This document shows, piece by piece, positions 28,179 to 40,200 of a stretch of DNA of 64,000 bases; positions within the stretch are counted from its first letter, which is position 1; the number at the start of each line of letters is the position of its first letter. The notes under the pieces are model-generated. The model did not search any database. It was given only the letters and a program-made list of their open reading frames with translations, and was not told the origin of the DNA. The stretch comes from a virus. Where the stretch lies: positions 64,001 through 128,000 of IMG/VR virus record IMGVR_UViG_3300023110_001943, one strand, 5' to 3'. Made by a program: the position numbers and the translations under genes.

Positions 28179-28751
28179 TTGAGTTTACTTAAAAATTGTG
28201 CTCAGAAATGGGCATTTATTCATATTCCTAAAACAGGTGGAACTTCCATAAGTTCTGTCCTTCACGAAATAGACGGGACAGAAAAAGTTACAATGCACGA
28301 TTCTGTTCGTGCTTTAGATGAGGTTAAGGATTACTTTATTTTTACATTTGTAAGAAATCCTTTCACACGATTACAATCAGCTTACCAACATGGTGTGAGA
28401 AAAAATGAATACACAACATCCTTTTCAGAATTTTTAAAATCAGATTTATCATCTAATATTTGGATGATGCCTCAATATTATTTTGTTACTGCTGGTTCTT
28501 CTGAAAATAAAAAAGTTTCATTTATAGGAAAATATGAAAATTTAAAAGAAGATACTTTAAAAATATTTAAAAAACTCAATATAGATAAACAGTTACCTCA
28601 TCTAAATAACAATCCTATTTACGAAAGACATCCAGGTTTAAAACAAGAAGATTATTATAAATCTTTTTATACCGAAGAGTGGATGAAGGATTGGGTAAGA
28701 GAAAGGTATGAAAATGATTTCAAAATTTTTAACTATGACATGGACATATAA
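28179..28751 (+). CDS. Sulfotransferase (Sulfotransfer_2 / carbohydrate sulfotransferase-like)
   Basis: FIHIPKTGGTSI, FVRNPFTRLQSAY, IGKYENL, and Y..DF.IFNY; TTG start. Confidence 0.88.
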   Translation: MSLLKNCAQKWAFIHIPKTGGTSISSVLHEIDGTEKVTMHDSVRALDEVKDYFIFTFVRNPFTRLQSAYQHGVRKNEYTTSFSEFLKSDLSSNIWMMPQYYFVTAGSSENKKVSFIGKYENLKEDTLKIFKKLNIDKQLPHLNNNPIYERHPGLKQEDYYKSFYTEEWMKDWVRERYENDFKIFNYDMDI

Positions 28752-29205
28752 AGGAAAACTAATAACTGAATTATCAGATATGCCCGAAGATGTATTTGGG
28801 TTTATTTACAAAATAACAAATGGTAAAACTGATGAATACTATATTGGTAAAAAACAAGTAGTTTCGGTTCGTAAAAGAAATTTCGGTAAAAAAGAAATTG
28901 CTGCTCTTGAAGATAAGAGAATGAAAAAATACGAAATGGTTACCAAAGAATCGGATTGGAAAACATATCGTTCGTCCAATAAAGAAGTAAAGGGTTGGTT
29001 TGATGAAAACGAAAAAGCTCTTAATGAAGATAGAAGAGATGATATCAATAATCAACTTAAATTAGAAATACTTCGTTTCTGTTCAAATAAAAAATCACTC
29101 ACATACTATGAACTACAAGAACAGTTTGCACATAACGTTCTTGCAGATGAAGATTCACTAAACGATAATCTTCTTGGAAAGTTTTTCAGAAAAGACTTGG
29201 AATAG
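28735..29205 (+). CDS. GIY-YIG (Seg-like) endonuclease
   Basis: FGFIYKITN...YYIGKK, ESDWKTY.SS; start placed at MTWTY (28735) rather than 28708. Confidence 0.75.
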   Translation: MTWTYKGKLITELSDMPEDVFGFIYKITNGKTDEYYIGKKQVVSVRKRNFGKKEIAALEDKRMKKYEMVTKESDWKTYRSSNKEVKGWFDENEKALNEDRRDDINNQLKLEILRFCSNKKSLTYYELQEQFAHNVLADEDSLNDNLLGKFFRKDLE

Positions 29206-29245
29206 TTAAATTTTTTTTGTATATTATTGTATAAGGTATATTGTA

Positions 29246-29899
29246 ATGAAAAGTAAAATTTGGTTTTTTGGTGATAGTGTAACTAAGGGGGTTGGTTGTT
29301 TAAAAGGAGACCCATATTATCAAGAAGATAAAAAAATATTTACACAAATAGTAGCTGATAAATTAAACATGGTGGTTAAAGATGTATCTATTGGTGGTGC
29401 ATCTACCGATTGGATACTTCATCAAATTTTAGTTTCTATTAAGTATATGAAACCGCATGATATTGTAGTTGTATCCAATACACTACCTTGGGGTACTATT
29501 ATGTTTAATAATGAAAAAGATAAATTATTATCAATTAATGATTTATGGATAGCCAATAATGATTTTTTATATAACAGTAAAGAAGAAAAAGATATCATTT
29601 TCCAATTCTCAAATTTAAAAAGAAAATACAAAAAAGCTTTTTATGAAAAATTCGAAAAAGAAATAGATGCATTAAAACCAATATTAAAAAAATTTGGAGT
29701 AGAGTTATATCAATGGGATATTAGAATTTGGTTTGATGATGAAAATTTAAAACCTTATGATACTGAATATGAAAGTATAATGAAAGTTACAAATGAAAAA
29801 ATAAAAGATGGACATTTTTCATATGGTGCTCATGAAAAAATAGCTCAACATATACTAAACAAGATTGAGATTAGTAAAAAAGATAAAACTTTTATATAA
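29246..29899 (+). CDS. SGNH/GDSL-like hydrolase or acyltransferase
   Basis: FFGDSVT, SIGGAS and DGHFS motifs. Confidence 0.7.
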   Translation: MKSKIWFFGDSVTKGVGCLKGDPYYQEDKKIFTQIVADKLNMVVKDVSIGGASTDWILHQILVSIKYMKPHDIVVVSNTLPWGTIMFNNEKDKLLSINDLWIANNDFLYNSKEEKDIIFQFSNLKRKYKKAFYEKFEKEIDALKPILKKFGVELYQWDIRIWFDDENLKPYDTEYESIMKVTNEKIKDGHFSYGAHEKIAQHILNKIEISKKDKTFI

Positions 29900-29903
29900 A
29901 ATA

Positions 29904-29935
29904 TTTGGCTATATCAAAAATATTTCGTATATTTG
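29904..29935 (+). promoter_or_regulatory. Bacteroidota-type host sigma promoter for the primase-Mre11/Rad50 operon
   Basis: Perfect TTTG(29904-07)-N20-TATATTTG(29928-35). Confidence 0.75.
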
Positions 29936-29955
29936 TATCAGTTTAAAAGCAAAGT

Positions 29956-30900
29956 ATGCTATCACACCACGAAAAGCAATCGGTTATAAACATCTTAGAT
30001 GATGTATTAGGACCTGGTACATCTTTAAAAGGGGATGAACAAGCACATTATTGTCCTTTTTGTCATCACCACAAAAAGAAGTTACAAGTAAATCTACAAA
30101 CTCAACAATGGCATTGTTGGGTATGTGATGCTAAAGGAAAACGCATCCAACGGTTATTAAAAAGATTGCATGTAGATTCTCGAAAGTTAAAAAAGATATA
30201 CGAAATCTATGGTGATGATTATGTTGTATATAGTAACAATACCGAAGATGAAAAGGTAGAGTTAAGGTTACCTAACGAGTTTTGTTCACTACTAAAAGAA
30301 CCAAAGGGAAAAATAAACCCTCTGTTCAGAAAGGTAATGGAATATGCAAAACAAAGAGGAATTACCACAGAAGATATTAGAAGATATAATATCGGGTATT
30401 GTGATACTGGTCATTATGCCAATCGTATTATTATTCCATCTTATGATTCTGATAATCGACTCAATTACTTCATCGCACGTTCTGTATTCGATGAGGAAAA
30501 ATTTAAGTATAAGAATCCGCCGGTTTCGAAAAATGTTATCATGTTTGAAAACCAAATAAATTGGAATGAACCAATTACCTTAGTAGAGGGAGTTTTTGAT
30601 GCAATGGCAGTGAAGAGAAATGCAATCCCTCTACTTGGTAAGTTTGTACCAAAAACTTTAAATGATACTATATATAAAAAGGGTGTTAAGAGTATAAACA
30701 TTTTACTCGATGAAGATGCTCAAGAACAAGCGTTATATTACACTATGCAATTCCAAAATCAAGGAATCACTACAAAAAATATTAAACCATCTGAAAAAGA
30801 TGCTGGTGAAATGGGGTTCTCCCAAGTAAATAAAATTCTAAAAAATACAGAAGAAACTAACTTTAGTGATATAATATCGCAAAAATTATTAGGTTTATGA
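29956..30900 (+). CDS. DNA primase (Zn finger + TOPRIM)
   Basis: CPFC...HCWVC; RIIIP; KYKNP; EGVFD; LDEDA. Confidence 0.92.
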   Translation: MLSHHEKQSVINILDDVLGPGTSLKGDEQAHYCPFCHHHKKKLQVNLQTQQWHCWVCDAKGKRIQRLLKRLHVDSRKLKKIYEIYGDDYVVYSNNTEDEKVELRLPNEFCSLLKEPKGKINPLFRKVMEYAKQRGITTEDIRRYNIGYCDTGHYANRIIIPSYDSDNRLNYFIARSVFDEEKFKYKNPPVSKNVIMFENQINWNEPITLVEGVFDAMAVKRNAIPLLGKFVPKTLNDTIYKKGVKSINILLDEDAQEQALYYTMQFQNQGITTKNIKPSEKDAGEMGFSQVNKILKNTEETNFSDIISQKLLGL

Positions 30901-33900
30901 TAATAAACAAAGTTTATCATTTGGCAGATTTACATATTAGAAATCTCCAAAGACACAAAGAATACAAATTAGTATTTAAAAAATTCTTAAAACAAGTAAA
31001 AGAAGATAAAATCGAGGATTCCCTCATTTATATTGCTGGTGATATTGCTCACGCAAAAACAGAGATGTCACCCGAACTCGTACACGAAATAAGTTGGTTT
31101 CTCACCGAGTGTGCGAAGTTAAGAGAAACTGTGTTAATCACAGGTAACCACGATTGTAACTTAAACAACTCACATAGATTAGATGTTCTTACTCCGATTA
31201 TTGAAAATCTTGGAAATAATCGTATTCACTATCTTAGAGATACTGGTGTCTATAATATCCATAATCTTACTTTCGTTGTCTATTCTATATTGGATGATAA
31301 AGAAAACTGGCCAAATGGTAATGATGTAGAGGGAGAAAATAAAATTGTTTTATTTCATGGACCAGTAAACAAAGCACAAACTGATATTGGTTATACCGTT
31401 TCATCTAACTCATTTCAAGTGGGTATGTTTGATGGATTCGATATGGCCATGTTGGGTGATATACATAAAAGACAAACATTTGGTGAAGGATATGAGTGGG
31501 TTGCCTATGCAGGTTCAATGATTCAACAGAATCATGGAGAACTGCTTGAAAACCATGGTTACTTGCTTTGGGATATACCCACTCGAACCTTTACCGAACA
31601 TCATATACATAATGATTATGGATTCTTAACTGTTGATGTGGTTGATGGTAAGATTCCAAAATGGGTGTATGATGAAGTTGGTACTAAACTTCCAAAGTAT
31701 CCAAGATTAAGATTGAGATTTACTAATACCGAAGCAAGTGATATGAAACGATGTATCACAGAACTAAAGAAGTTATTCAAAGTTGCTGAAGTTACGGTAA
31801 CAAGAACCGATACAATCGGACAACTAAAAACAAATAAAAAGGTAAACAAAAACATAGTTGGTGATGTTAAAAATGAAACCTTCCAAAACTCACTTATTAG
31901 AGATTACTTAGAAAGACAATACCTATTAGAATCAGATGAATTAGATAAGATAGAAGAAATCAATACAGAACTAAATGGACAAATAGATACATCGGATATT
32001 GCCGGTAATATTTTATGGACACCAAAATCTTTTGAGTTCTCTAATATGTTCTCGTATGGTGAAGGTAATTTAATCCGATTTGATAAAGCACAAGGTATCA
32101 TGGGTATCTTTGCTCCTAATGCTTCAGGTAAATCTTCTATGTGGGATGCACTCTCTTTTTGTATCTACGATAAGACATCTCGTACAACCTTTGCTAAGAA
32201 TGTTTTAAACAATCGTAAGGATAAGTTCTATTGTAAGTTTAACTTCGAGATAGATGGGGTAGATTACTTTATTGAGAGAAGAGCTAAGTATGTTAGAAAA
32301 GGAACATCGGTTAAAGTAGATGTAGATTTTTGGAAAGAAGATGGTGGAGTTATAGAATCACTTAATGGAGAACAAAGAAAAGATACAAATAAGAATATCG
32401 AAAAGTTCTTAGGTAAGTTTGAAGATTTTGTTTTAACTGCTCTTTCCCTACAAGGAAACAATGCACTCTTTATTGATAAATCACAATCAGAAAGAAAAGA
32501 AATACTTTCTCAATTTATTGGAGTAGATATTTTTGATAAATTATATCAAAAGGCTGCAGATGAGAATCGAGATAATGCAACACTTATCAGAAAATTCAAG
32601 TCCGATGATTTTACTCAGAAGTTGGCCGACATTAGTGAACAATTAAAAACCGACAAAAACGAATACAAACTTTTAGAGTTAAATCAAAAATCTTTAAAAG
32701 AAGAAGAGGATTTACTAAATAGACAAATCATTAAATTAAACGAGAAAATCGTAAAGTTAAATGCTGATAGTGGTGTTTCAATAGAAGAATTAGAAAAAAG
32801 ATTGAAAAACCTTGAAACCAAAAAAGAAGAACTCTTAATAACAAAAGGCTCGGTTCAAGAAAGAATCACATTTAGAGAGGAATTACAAATCACTTTAGAT
32901 GAAATACTTGACCAATTTGATGAAGAAGATTTAGAAGAGGGGATTGGTAAGTTAAAAGATGCAAAGGAAAAGTTAAGAGATGTAGAATCTTCTATCGATA
33001 AAATCAATATTAAAAAAGATTCTTTGTATGAAAGAAAAGACCATTTAGATAAACACAAATATAATGAAGAATGTGATATCTGTATGGAAAACTCACAAAC
33101 TATTTTAGAAGAAAAAGAAAAGGTAGAATCAGAAATATCAGAGTATGAAGATTTGTTTCAAGAAAATGATAAGATTCGTTTATCTTTAATGTTATTGATA
33201 GATTCATTAAAGGGGTATGAAGATGAGTGGAGTAAATATCAAGAAGCAAAAGAAAAAGAAGATAAACTTGATAGAGAAATTTCTCAACTTATCAACAAGT
33301 TATCAACAACTGAAACTGAAGAAATTCGTTTAAGTACACAAATTGACCAACAAGAGAAGTTAATCGAAGAATATTACAAGAACGAAGAACAAATCAAGAT
33401 AAATAAACAAATCAGAGAAGAGATTACAGGTGTTCGTGATAAACTCAAAATTGTTAAAGATGATTTAAAATCTGTTAATGGTGATATTCTTAAATTAAAT
33501 GGAAAAGTTTCAGCACTTCAAAATCAAAAAGAAACCATTGAAGATAGAATCCAAGAAGTAAAAGAATTAGAAGAACAATCTAAACTATTTGATTTTTATT
33601 TGAATGCACTTTCTAAAGATGGTGTATCGTATGAGTTAATCGAGAAATCCCTACCAATGATTGAAGGTGAGGTGAATAATATCTTAGCACAAATCGTAGA
33701 GTTTGGAATGCAATTAGAGATTGATGGTAAGAACATCAATGCGTATCTTGTATATGGAGACCAGAGATGGTCTTTAGAGATGTGTAGTGGTATGGAGAGA
33801 TTTATTAGTGGTTTAGCCATTAGAGTTGCTCTAATCAATGTATGTAACCTACCACGACCTAACTTCCTTGTGATAGATGAAGGATTTGGTACTTTGGATA

Positions 33901-34055
33901 GTGAAAACCTACAATCTTTATTTATGTTGTTTACATACCTTAAAACTCAGTTTGATTTTGTTATGGTAATATCACACATCGATTCTATGAGAGATGTTGT
34001 AGATGGTCTTATTGAGATAAAGAAAATAAATGGATTCTCAAATGTTAAGTTTTAA
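30897..34055 (+). CDS. Fused Mre11/SbcD nuclease - Rad50/SbcC ATPase (gp47-gp46-like)
   Basis: DLH, GD, GNHD and GDIH phosphoesterase motifs; Walker A NASGKSS; zinc hook CDIC; signature CSGME; Walker B IDEGFG. Confidence 0.93.
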   Translation: MIINKVYHLADLHIRNLQRHKEYKLVFKKFLKQVKEDKIEDSLIYIAGDIAHAKTEMSPELVHEISWFLTECAKLRETVLITGNHDCNLNNSHRLDVLTPIIENLGNNRIHYLRDTGVYNIHNLTFVVYSILDDKENWPNGNDVEGENKIVLFHGPVNKAQTDIGYTVSSNSFQVGMFDGFDMAMLGDIHKRQTFGEGYEWVAYAGSMIQQNHGELLENHGYLLWDIPTRTFTEHHIHNDYGFLTVDVVDGKIPKWVYDEVGTKLPKYPRLRLRFTNTEASDMKRCITELKKLFKVAEVTVTRTDTIGQLKTNKKVNKNIVGDVKNETFQNSLIRDYLERQYLLESDELDKIEEINTELNGQIDTSDIAGNILWTPKSFEFSNMFSYGEGNLIRFDKAQGIMGIFAPNASGKSSMWDALSFCIYDKTSRTTFAKNVLNNRKDKFYCKFNFEIDGVDYFIERRAKYVRKGTSVKVDVDFWKEDGGVIESLNGEQRKDTNKNIEKFLGKFEDFVLTALSLQGNNALFIDKSQSERKEILSQFIGVDIFDKLYQKAADENRDNATLIRKFKSDDFTQKLADISEQLKTDKNEYKLLELNQKSLKEEEDLLNRQIIKLNEKIVKLNADSGVSIEELEKRLKNLETKKEELLITKGSVQERITFREELQITLDEILDQFDEEDLEEGIGKLKDAKEKLRDVESSIDKINIKKDSLYERKDHLDKHKYNEECDICMENSQTILEEKEKVESEISEYEDLFQENDKIRLSLMLLIDSLKGYEDEWSKYQEAKEKEDKLDREISQLINKLSTTETEEIRLSTQIDQQEKLIEEYYKNEEQIKINKQIREEITGVRDKLKIVKDDLKSVNGDILKLNGKVSALQNQKETIEDRIQEVKELEEQSKLFDFYLNALSKDGVSYELIEKSLPMIEGEVNNILAQIVEFGMQLEIDGKNINAYLVYGDQRWSLEMCSGMERFISGLAIRVALINVCNLPRPNFLVIDEGFGTLDSENLQSLFMLFTYLKTQFDFVMVISHIDSMRDVVDGLIEIKKINGFSNVKF

Positions 34056-34206
34056 CCCTTAAAACATTCTGAGGTTTAGGCTGTTCAATTCTTTGTTTAA
34101 TTAATCGTTCAATCAACCCACTTTTCGAATATCCATGTTCACAGCAATACTCGTGTAGTTCTTTATACAATTCTCTTTTTATTTGTATTGTAGTATATTT
34201 TCCCAT
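34045..34206 (-). CDS. Ribbon-helix-helix (CopG/Arc-like) DNA-binding protein, 53 aa
   Basis: Hand-translated MGKYTTIQIKRELYKELHEYCCEHGYSKSGLIERLIKQRIEQPKPQNVLRVKT*: beta strand, helix, G.S turn, helix. Confidence 0.75.
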   Translation of the reverse strand: MGKYTTIQIKRELYKELHEYCCEHGYSKSGLIERLIKQRIEQPKPQNVLRVKT

Positions 34207-34252
34207 AGTATATAGATTTCTATATAATATATATTAACAAAAAAAAGTTTAA

Positions 34253-34262
34253 TATATTTATA
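34253..34262 (+). promoter_or_regulatory. Putative late promoter TATATTTATA
   Basis: 20 nt before the tail fibre ATG. Confidence 0.65.
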
Positions 34263-34282
34263 TTAGTAATTGGGAAATCTAT

Positions 34283-37200
34283 ATGGCTATAATTAAAAAA
34301 TTTTCACCCTTTCAAAACTTATCATCCTTTCAAGTATTTTTAAATGATACTGAAAGAACTTCTCAGTACTTTAAAATTACAGAGTTTGAAGATACGCTTA
34401 CTGGTGGTAAGAATGGATTTTTAATTGAAGGTTCTGAATATTTAAAAGAATCAACAGAAGTAAAAGTAGAATTACTTGATGTTGAAAACAATCCTATATA
34501 CTTTGAACCTGGTGATGGTATTCCCGAATATTACGAAGGTATCTCTAAATTAGTATCAGTTCATGTTTATGATGATACTCCGATTGGAACTGGTAAAATT
34601 ACAATACTTGGTGAACTTAAAAATTATATAGATGAAAATGGTGCGGTTGTTCCTGTTCCTGATGAGTGGAAGGGAATCTATAATGTAAAGTGGGAAAGAA
34701 CCTTCCAAGTAAATAAAAATTTAAATAACGAAACTATTGTTCGGTTTTACAAAAGACCTATTGTTAATATAACAGAACTTGTAAAACCAATATTTTCTAA
34801 ATCAATACCAACAGTAACCGATACAGGATATGCACATGGTATTTCTGAAACACCAATTGATGGAACTGATATTAGAAATTGGAGAACTGGTACTATATAT
34901 AGATTAAGAAGAACGAGTGGTACTTGGGATAGAGATGTAGATGAAAATACTATTACGTTTACATCACCAAGTTTTACCGCTAATATCGTAGAAGTTTTAA
35001 ACGATACAGATGTTTTGGTTGATGTACCTTATACGATAAATAATTTAGTATCAAACTTTACATCAGGCTCATATTCGGTTTCTTATGCTGATTTTCAAAA
35101 CGAAGTTATTGGTGAATCCACCTTAACAGGTTCTTTTGCTAAAATTGATATTACACAACTAAAAACTTTTGTTGGTGATGTAGCAAGAGTAAAGGTATTT
35201 AGAAAATCAAGAAACTCTGTTGGTGATTTTCAATTTGTACAAGAATCAAAATTAGAATCAACAGAATTACTTCGTGATGTAACAACACCTTCTAATACTG
35301 AAATTCCTTATGGAAGATTTGATGAATCAAACTTATCTACATATTGGATTACATCATCAGCTGACCATGAAGTATCAATAGATTCTTCTGTTTTATCTCA
35401 GGCTGTTAAGTTTGATTATGATTCAGTTCAAGGTGGTGTACAAAGATTAATTACATCTCAATCTTTTTCAATATCTAAAGATGTAGAATATACATTAAAC
35501 TTTAGAACTCTTTTAAGTGGTAGTTTAGATGATAGTGGTAAAAGTGTAAGAGCATTCTTTAGTTCTTCAAACTTTACACAAGATTTCCTAACAGCAAGTG
35601 GTTCAGCTATTTATAGAACAAGACAAAATGTATCACAAAATATATTATCAGAAAATACAGGAGATGCACATTTAGTATTTGAAGTAAAAGGTGATGATTG
35701 GTATGTTTCAAATGTAAGTTTAAAAAATGCACAAGATACTTCTTTCTCACCAGATGAATTTACTTTAATACAAGATATTCCAAGAAAACTAGCATCTGAA
35801 ACTTTTGATTTCCGTTTTGAGTTTTATGATATAAACAACAATTATATTCCTGTTGATGTAACTGCAGTTGGAGTATTTGATGGTGGTAATGATTTCCCAA
35901 CAAGTGGTAAATTACTAACATTTGAATCAGATAGAAATGCATTTAGATTTACAAGTGGTTCAATAGGAAGTCCACCATTTCAACAACTACAATTTAAAGT
36001 AACTCAAAATAACCTAACAGGTTCGGTGTCATTTGCTTCATCTGCATTTGATGAAGATGGTAACTATATTGACCCATCGAGTTATGGTGGTACATATCCT
36101 GGTACTCTTACATCGGTTACACCAGCTGGTGCTATTTTACGAATTGCTGATTTTAGTGGTAGTGATGAATCTGTTATAGTAGGTTCTATTGTTTATACCG
36201 CCTCTTTAGAAGGATTGGAAGAATTTGAAACTGTTTATAGATTAGAAGATGGAGATAATGCTCCTACCTTATTGGTAACTTCGAATGCAAATCAGTTTAC
36301 ATATGAACCAACTTCATTAATTCCAAAACCAGTTGGGCAATCAATTACAGTAAGAGCTCAGAGAAAAAATTTAGCATCACTTGTAACACCAATTACGGTG
36401 AATAGTGGTAGTAACAGACCTGCACTAACTTATGTAGATACTGTTGGTGGAATTGATACTTATACAATTTCTGCTACAGAATTTTCATCATCCTTCTCAG
36501 CAAACTCATTTGATGAAGTAACTTATCAATTTACTGGTTCTGATGTTTTTGGTATTGAACAAACTGATGAAATAACTTTATCTAAGGTAGTAAACTTTGA
36601 TGGTGTTTCTATAACTCTTTCTAATGAATCAACTGCATTTAGGTCAAATGGTCAAGGATTAATTTTAGATTCATTTGATAGTGGAGATGGTGAAGTTGAA
36701 GTAAGAATTGCAGATAAAGAAATAGACCATAGTAATGGATTATCATCACCAAATACATTTGATATTGTTTCTGCAACGGCAACGAATGTAACAGAAGCTT
36801 ATTCATCTTACTTAACAAATCAGTATGGTATTAACGCAATGAGTGCAGATAGTGGTTCTCTTGTATTAAATATTTCATATCTTGCAGGTGATAATTCAAC
36901 TACTCAATCTTTCCAAAAGAAAGTAAATTATAATAAGAATAGAATTGCACAACCATCTATTATAATTGATACTACTAACAAAACACAAAACGTAGATGCA
37001 AAATCAACGGGTGTACAATTAACTTCTTTTGAAGATTCAACAATTACTGTAAGAGAATTTTATACTGGTTCGGTAACTACATTTTCTTCAAGTGATGTTG
37101 CAATTTCATTTGATTCAAACCCAAGTACTATTGCAACTGATAATGGGGATTTAACACTTTCATATTCAAACTTAGCAAATGCAACTAATTCTACACAAGT

Positions 37201-40200
37201 ACAATTTACAGCAACTGTAACAGATAGTGAGGGAACAAGTAGAAGTGTATCTGATTCAATTTCCTTATCAAAAACATTAGATGCTGCACCGAATGTTGAA
37301 TTTCAAGTAACACCGAGTGCTCAAACTATAACAAGTTATTCAACTGGAGATTCTCCATCTGCGGCTACAAATCTTGTAGTTACCGCAAATGAAGGAGGTT
37401 CGGCTAGAACATTATCCGCTTTAAGTGCAACCGCAAATAGTGATATAACTATTACATCAGCTACATATACGACAGGTGTTATTGTGGTTAATACTTCTGC
37501 TATGAGTTCTGATTCTGGAACTATTACAATTTCGGCATCAACTACAAATAGTGAGGGAACTACCGTAACTAAATCGTTAACTGCTACCATTTCAAAAGCC
37601 AAAGCAGCAACACCTGTTGTATTGGTTAGTGCTACTCCACAGACTCAAAACACCACAGCTAATCCAAGTGGTGTTCAGACTGGTACATTTAATAATGTTG
37701 TAGTTTCTGTTTCCAATGGTACGTTTGTAGATATGACTAAAACCCAAAGTGGGTTTAGTACCAATCCAACTATATCTTCAAATACGTTAACAATGAGTTC
37801 TGCTGTTATAACAACCGCAAATACAAGTGCATCGGTAACTCTTACAGTAAACTATACCGATAGTGAGGGAACTGATGGTTCTCAAAATATTGTTATAACC
37901 GTTACAAAATCCAACGATGGTGATAAGGGTGACACAGGTGACCCTGGTGACCCTGGTACAAATGGATTAAAATCTGCTGCTAATATGGTTCATTACCAGG
38001 TATCATCAACTTCTGCTCCAGCCACACCATCTGCTACATCATACAACTTTGGTACAAATTCATTTACTGGCCTTACTGCAAATTGGGCAACTGGTGCACC
38101 AACTTATGCTTCGGGTAATACAAACAAATATTGGTATTCAACTTATACCGTAACCGAAACAACATCAGGTGGTGGGACAGGCGTACCTTCTTTCTCAACA
38201 CCGGTTCAGGCAATTGGATTTAGTGGATTGGTATCATTTACTGCAAACGAAACCGTTGGTGATGGTACAAATAACCTTTCATTTGGTGTTTCGGGTACTA
38301 CACTTATAAATGGTGATAATATTTCAACTGGTCGAATTATATCTACAAATTATGTAACTGGTTCTGGCGATGGGTTTACAAATACTGGTACAGAATTTAG
38401 TTTAGATGAAGGATTGCTTGCTTCTAAAAACTTTATGATAACACCAGACGGTAGTGCTTTCTTTAAAGGAGATTTGACTGGTGCAAACATTACTGGTGCA
38501 ACAGGTACATTTACAGGTACAGTTCAAATTGGTGGAACTACTTTAACAACTGGTAATACTTTAAATGCTAACACAACTGCTGATGATGTAGATTTAGGTA
38601 ATGTTGAAAACTTAGATGCACAAAATCAAGCTCAGAGTGGATTGATTTCAGGTACTACAATTACTGGTGGTGGTATAACTTTAAGTGGTGGTGGAAATAT
38701 TAAAGGTGGACAAACTAATTACAATACCGGTACCGGATTCTTTTTGGGATATCACGGAAGTGCATATAAATTTTCAATTGGTAATGCATCTTCTAAAGGA
38801 ATAACTTGGGATGGTAATTCATTATCAATAGGTGGTGATGTTAATATTGGTGCTACGTTGGCATCTACTGTTGTAAGTGGTGCTTCTGCTGGAGCTACTG
38901 CTATACAAAATTCTTCGGAGGTAGATTTATCAGAGGCAGATAACAGTACATCTGGATATCAAAACAACACCGCAACAAGAACAGGTGGTTCAGTTGGTGG
39001 ATGGGGCCTTGAACAATATAAAATTAAAGGAGGTGCTCCTACTTCAGGTGGTGATGGTGTTTTTACAAATACAGGTATAATACTTGGTATAGAAAGTGTT
39101 AGTGGAAATGGTTATATATCAGCACAAAACTTCTATGTATCATCTTCAGGTGATGCGTTGTTTGGAGGTACTTTAAGTGGTGCTGATATCTATGGTGGTA
39201 CTATTAATATTAATGATAATTTTTATGTAGGTTCATCTGGTACAATGACGGCAAATAATGCCGTTATAAGTGGACAGATAACATCTGAGGATGCTACACT
39301 TGGTGCATGGTCAGTAGGACCGGATTCAATTGAAGCTGAGAATGGTCAAATATCGTTGAACGCAACTGATGGTACTATATTATTAAAAGATTCAAGTCTT
39401 GTAACAAAAGTAAACTTGAATATTGACAGTTCCTTAACCACACCAGCGGCTGGAGGTAGTATTTCTGGTACTACAAATGCAACAGTACAGACTGATGAGG
39501 AGACTGTTGCTGCTGATGGTATAAAATATTATTCAACTACTCAAGGAAATGATGCTCAGGATATAGCAAATTTCACACCATCTACAACCGGAACCTGGTC
39601 TATTGGATATTCATATACTCAAGGAAATGGTTCTTATGTATATGCAACCGGTATTGGTAACTATTCTTCAGTATCAGTTTATTTGGAAGTTCGAACCGGT
39701 GCAAATGGTGGAGGAACTCTTGTAAAATCCGCATATATTCAAAGTCAGTATGCTGCTGGTACTGATTCAGGTAATTTTTCAGTTGATGAAAATACTAAAA
39801 TTACATTATCAGATGGAACTACAAAACTTGCAAAAGATATTAAGACAAATGATACTTTGTTAGTTTGGGATGAATCTGTAAATTCATTTAAAGCATCAGG
39901 TGTTGGTGATATTAGAAAAAAAATAGTTGAAAGGGTATATGAGGTATGTGTTGGTGATATTAAATTAGTAACATCAGAAAATCATGGATTTTGGATTGAT
40001 GGTGGGGCTCAAATAAAAGTACAAGATTTAATAGAAAACCAAACTGAAATTTATGTAAAAGATGGTGAAAATATAAAATTAAAAACAGTAACTTCGGTAA
40101 GGGTGTTGGAAAAACAATCACAAGTTATAACATTTAAAATTCCAAAATATGAAAATTATATTTCTGAAAATATAATATCTCACAACCCGGCAGGAGATGA

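Noticed and set aside
28735-29205. Intron-encoded homing endonuclease
   Set aside because: The flanking genes are intact and unrelated, with no split gene or intron-sized non-coding flanks.
16914-30559. Nested + strand alternative-frame ORFs (16914-17213, 19635-19835, 30344-30559)
   Set aside because: They lie fully inside real genes and have no motifs or initiation signals.
39779-40186. Canonical mobile intein
   Set aside because: There is no homing endonuclease and the +1 residue is Pro, so it is treated as a cleaving Hint domain.
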